Positions 34,488 to 34,617 of a DNA stretch of 34,617 nt are shown here, piece after piece (position 1 is the stretch's first letter; each line of letters starts with the position of its first letter). A program made the position numbers and the translations under genes. The DNA lies in contig DBBC01000108.1 in assembly GCA_002292025.1 (NCBI GenBank), positions 1 to 34,617 of the forward strand, read 5' to 3'. The notes under the pieces were generated by a model. It ran no database searches. It was not told the origin of the DNA and saw only the letters and a list, made by a program, of their open reading frames with translations. The DNA comes from Firmicutes bacterium UBA994 (GTDB lineage Bacteria > Bacillota > UBA994).

Positions 34488-34513
34488 CACTAAGAACACT
34501 AAGGGCTACGAAG
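34488..34513 (-). repeat. inverted-orientation heptamers (plus strand CACTAAG, CACTAAG, TACGAAG) facing the 34569-34617 array
   Basis: CACTAAG at 34488-34494 and 34497-34503, and TACGAAG at 34507-34513. This is the reverse orientation of the upstream array, separated from it by a ~55-nt AT-rich spacer. Confidence 0.65.
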
Positions 34514-34568
34514 TGCCGTAGAGTAGATTCTGCAAGAAGAAATCATTGTAATATTACCCAAATAGACC

Positions 34569-34617
34569 CTTAGTGCCCCTTAGTGTCCCTTCGTGTCCTT
34601 CGTGGATAGTGGCCGTG
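34569..34617 (-). repeat. phased-heptamer element copy (minus sense: CACGGCCACTATC-CACGAAG-GA-CACGAAG-GGA-CACTAAG-GGG-CACTAAG); may continue beyond the window
   Basis: Plus-strand heptamers CTTAGTG at 34569-34575 and 34579-34585, CTTCGTG at 34589-34595 and 34598-34604, then GATAGTGGCCGTG to the window end. Spacing is 10/10/9 nt. Confidence 0.7.

Noticed and set aside
34472-34494. RAT-like antiterminator target GGATTACTCTTTGCAGGAACACC
   Set aside because: It is not reported as a feature. It is ~6 nt shorter than canonical RATs, its predicted pairing is weak, and no PRD antiterminator or PTS gene is visible in the window. It is kept only as a hint within the leader-hairpin finding.
34422-34499. 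Upstream extension of the GH4 ORF from ATG 34499
   Set aside because: It would place 26 non-conserved residues before the Rossmann KIAVIGG strand and would translate through a 16-bp hairpin. TTG 34421 fits the family N-terminus.
34569-34617. Heptamer arrays considered as a CRISPR or tandem-repeat locus
   Set aside because: The units are only 7 nt with 2-3 nt spacers and 3-4 copies. There are no cas genes and no 25-40-nt repeat/spacer periodicity.
1-34617. Search for mobile elements, prophage, defence systems, tRNA/rRNA genes
   Set aside because: No transposase, integrase, recombinase, restriction, Cas or toxin-like ORFs were found. No terminal inverted repeats bound a gene cargo, and the intergenic regions are too short or lack tRNA-like cloverleaf sequence. 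The window looks like core chromosome.

Overview
Chromosomal segment, roughly mid-50s %GC by eye. It has Gram-positive (Clostridia/Bacilli-like Firmicutes) hallmarks: GGAGG-type Shine-Dalgarno sites, TTGACA/TATAAT-type promoters, and Bacillus-type families (YhaM, YczE, SpeA, GlnK/GlnL, pyruvate kinase with a PEP-utiliser tail). Left to right: a partial ABC exporter and a stand-alone murD (-); a split chrA pair, a yczE-like gene and pyk (+); cca (-); a cobalamin riboswitch driving a btuFCD-like importer plus an HI0933-family flavoprotein (+). A long minus-strand block follows: a DagK-like lipid kinase, a NusG-domain-II membrane protein, and a 10-gene Mrp antiporter-like module in archaeal Mbh gene order with three NuoL/M/N-type subunits, headed by a two-domain RnfG-like FMN-binding protein. 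Upstream of that lie a yhaM-like exoribonuclease, a thioredoxin whose first active-site Cys codon is an in-frame TGA (predicted UxxC selenoprotein, split in the ORF track), and ccdA. Next come kbl and a NUDIX gene (-), a speA-like decarboxylase (+), and a minus-strand GH4 - tldD - pmbA - glnK/glnL-like block. I saw no transposase, integrase, CRISPR, tRNA or rRNA. The three most interesting observations: (1) the hidden Sec-thioredoxin/CcdA pair with a SECIS-capable hairpin; (2) the FMN-binding protein + Mbh-ordered Mrp module + NusG_II operon, which has no recognisable catalytic redox module; (3) a dispersed, helically phased heptamer element (CACGAAG/CACTAAG) lying sense-oriented upstream of three unrelated genes.
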